From Bacteroidales bacterium (GTDB taxonomy: Bacteria > Bacteroidota > Bacteroidia > Bacteroidales > CG2-30-32-10), in contig JBEKEO010000001.1 in NCBI GenBank assembly GCA_050013795.1, positions 1 through 58,670 of the forward strand: a stretch of DNA of 58,670 nucleotides, given 5' to 3'. The position numbers were made by a program, and so were the translations under genes. Shown piece after piece: positions 56,921 to 58,670 of the stretch. The notes under the pieces were generated by a model. The model searched no databases and was not told where the DNA came from. It saw nothing but the letters and a program-made list of their open reading frames with translations. Numbering within the stretch: position 1 is the stretch's first letter; the number at the start of each line of letters is the position of its first letter.

Positions 56921-56948
56921 AAGCCGCTTTTTGCGGCTTTTTTATTTT
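56921..56948 (+). terminator. Rho-independent terminator
   Basis: Hairpin aagccgc-ttttt-gcggctt followed by TTTTTATTTT. Confidence 0.8.
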
Positions 56949-57042
56949 CACAATAAAGAAAAAAGGTTTCAATATTATATGAAAATTTAAGACATTCAAT
57001 AATATTTTATTATCTTGCACACTCAATACAAATCATTTAGAT

Positions 57043-58347
57043 ATGAGTTCATTCGAGATCATAGGCGCTAAAAAACTGAAAGGTGAAATCACACCTCAGG
57101 GAGCTAAGAACGAAGCATTACAGGTTTTATGTGCAGTGCTGCTTTCTCCTGAAACAATTACTATCAGCAATATCCCCAATATACGCGATGTAAATAAACT
57201 CATTGAACTCCTGAAAGATTTCGGAGTTAAGGTTGAAAAGAAAAACGAAGGAGAATATTCATTCCGTGCTGATGAAGTAAACCTTGACTTTATGTACACC
57301 GACGAATATAAGCAAAAAGCAGCAAGCCTAAGGGGGTCCATAATGATAATCGGTCCGCTGCTTTCACGTTTTGGACAAGGTTATATTCCAAAGCCCGGAG
57401 GGGATAAGATTGGCAGACGCAGGCTTGATACTCACTTTATTGGCTTGCAAAAACTCGGAGCCGATTTTAATTACGATGCTGATAACAATTTTTATAAAGT
57501 AAGTGCTAAGAAGCTTCAGGGAACTTATATGCATCTGGACGAAGCATCTGTTACCGGTACCGCTAATATTATTATGGCTGCCGTTATGGCAAAAGGAGTC
57601 ACCACTATTTACAATGCAGCCTGCGAACCTTACCTGCAGCAGCTTTGTAAAATGCTTAACAGGATGGGTGCTAAAATTAATGGTGTGGGTTCTAACCTGC
57701 TTACGATTGAAGGCGTTGAGAAGCTTAATGGAACCACTCATCGCTTGTTTCCAGATATGATTGAAATAGGTAGTTTTATTGGTCTTGCTGCTATGACACA
57801 AAGTGAGATAACCATTAAGAATGTTGTGTACGATGAACTTGGGATTATTCCTGATGTTTTCAAAAAACTTGGGATAAAACTCGAACGTAAAGGGGAAGAT
57901 ATTTATATTCCTGAGCAAAAGCATTACCAGATAGAAACATTTATTGATGGTTCCATCCTCACTATTGCCGATGCTATATGGCCGGGTTTCACCCCAGACC
58001 TTTTAAGTATTATTCTTGTAGTCGCCACGCAAGCCAAAGGTAGTGTTCTTATTCATCAGAAAATGTTTGAAAGCCGCCTGTTCTTTGTTGACAAGCTTAT
58101 CGATATGGGTGCACAGATAATCCTTTGTGACCCTCATCGTGCAACAGTAATAGGACTTGACAGACAATTCCCGTTAAGAGGGATAGAAATGGTATCACCT
58201 GATATACGCGCAGGGGTTTCCTTACTAATTGCAGCATTATCTGCAAATGGTAAAAGCATTATCCATAACATCGAACAGATAGACCGCGGGTACCAGGATA
58301 TTGACATTCGATTACAAAAACTTGGTGCACAAATAAAAAGAATTTAA
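57043..58347 (+). CDS. murA: UDP-N-acetylglucosamine 1-carboxyvinyltransferase
   Basis: N-terminus ...GEITPQGAKNEALQVL, active-site loop KPGGDKIGRRRLDTH, and C-terminal RGYQDIDIRLQKLGA. Confidence 0.93.
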   Translation: MSSFEIIGAKKLKGEITPQGAKNEALQVLCAVLLSPETITISNIPNIRDVNKLIELLKDFGVKVEKKNEGEYSFRADEVNLDFMYTDEYKQKAASLRGSIMIIGPLLSRFGQGYIPKPGGDKIGRRRLDTHFIGLQKLGADFNYDADNNFYKVSAKKLQGTYMHLDEASVTGTANIIMAAVMAKGVTTIYNAACEPYLQQLCKMLNRMGAKINGVGSNLLTIEGVEKLNGTTHRLFPDMIEIGSFIGLAAMTQSEITIKNVVYDELGIIPDVFKKLGIKLERKGEDIYIPEQKHYQIETFIDGSILTIADAIWPGFTPDLLSIILVVATQAKGSVLIHQKMFESRLFFVDKLIDMGAQIILCDPHRATVIGLDRQFPLRGIEMVSPDIRAGVSLLIAALSANGKSIIHNIEQIDRGYQDIDIRLQKLGAQIKRI

Positions 58348-58407
58348 TGGTTTACTATTCTATTTTTCATGGTTCTGATTAATTCAATCATTCTCACAGA
58401 TAATTAG

Positions 58408-58415
58408 TAATTTTG
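58408..58415 (+). promoter_or_regulatory. -7 promoter box TAATTTTG
   Basis: Exact TAnnTTTG match. It overlaps the TTG at 58413, so the likely start is the ATG at 58431. Confidence 0.4.
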
Positions 58416-58430
58416 CAAAAACAATTACTC

Positions 58431-58670
58431 ATGAAAAATCTCAGGTATATATTGATTCCTATTATAATTGCTACTGTCGTTTTGACCTTTTCAGTTATTA
58501 TCAGCAGCAACATTAATACTTATTCCCGTTCAAAAACATCTATTGTTGATATCGGACAAAAAGCTCCCGACATTACCATGAAGAATCCTAACGATTCCGT
58601 AATCTCATTATACTCTATTTAAGACAAGCTTGTTTTAATTGACTTCTGGGCTTCATGGTGCGGTCCGTGC
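58431..58670 (+). pseudogene. TlpA/ResA-like thioredoxin-fold lipoprotein interrupted by an in-frame TAA (partial at the window end)
   Basis: The same frame reads ...NDSVISLYSI-TAA(58620-58622)-DKLVLIDFWASWCGPC. The WCGPC motif therefore lies downstream of the stop. Confidence 0.55.

Overview
This is a 58.7-kb chromosomal segment from a Bacteroidota-type genome. The evidence is five proteins with T9SS C-terminal sorting domains, TAnnTTTG -7 promoter boxes upstream of many genes, and a DUF6089-DUF6089-uppS-bamA-ompH-ompH block. Most of the window is housekeeping: ahcY, uppS, bamA, nadB, korAB with a previously uncalled 55-aa ferredoxin, tilS, dsbD, pheT, tatC, tRNA-Pro/tRNA-Lys, a TolC/MFP/RND efflux set, and murA. 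The main candidate for a novel system is a visibly AT-rich, tightly packed three-gene operon at 31335-34175 with its own promoter box. It encodes a PD-(D/E)xK nuclease-fold protein (sce7726-like), a 'Beta protein'/sce7725-like protein and a zinc-ribbon-RES (NAD+-degrading toxin fold) protein. No Xre-type antitoxin, integrase or transposase is present, so I read it as an uncharacterised defence/abortive-infection-like module. The second notable signal is four intergenic tandem arrays that all have an exact 21-bp period but locus-specific units. Three of them have dyad-symmetric cores, two share a 10-nt core, and one lies next to an orphan LytTR DNA-binding protein. Other observations are listed here.
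- The efflux operon is split by a 2.9-kb insertion.
- A T9SS cargo gene is bracketed by C-terminal-tail remnants.
- One polypeptide fuses a chagasin-like inhibitor to a papain-like peptidase.
- A Y_Y_Y sensor-adenylate cyclase carries eleven 126-bp repeats.
- pheT contains a (G-X-Y)10 microsatellite insertion.
- MurA has Asp at the fosfomycin-target position.
- A TlpA-like gene is interrupted by an in-frame stop at the window edge.
All family calls come from motif recognition by eye; no searches were run.
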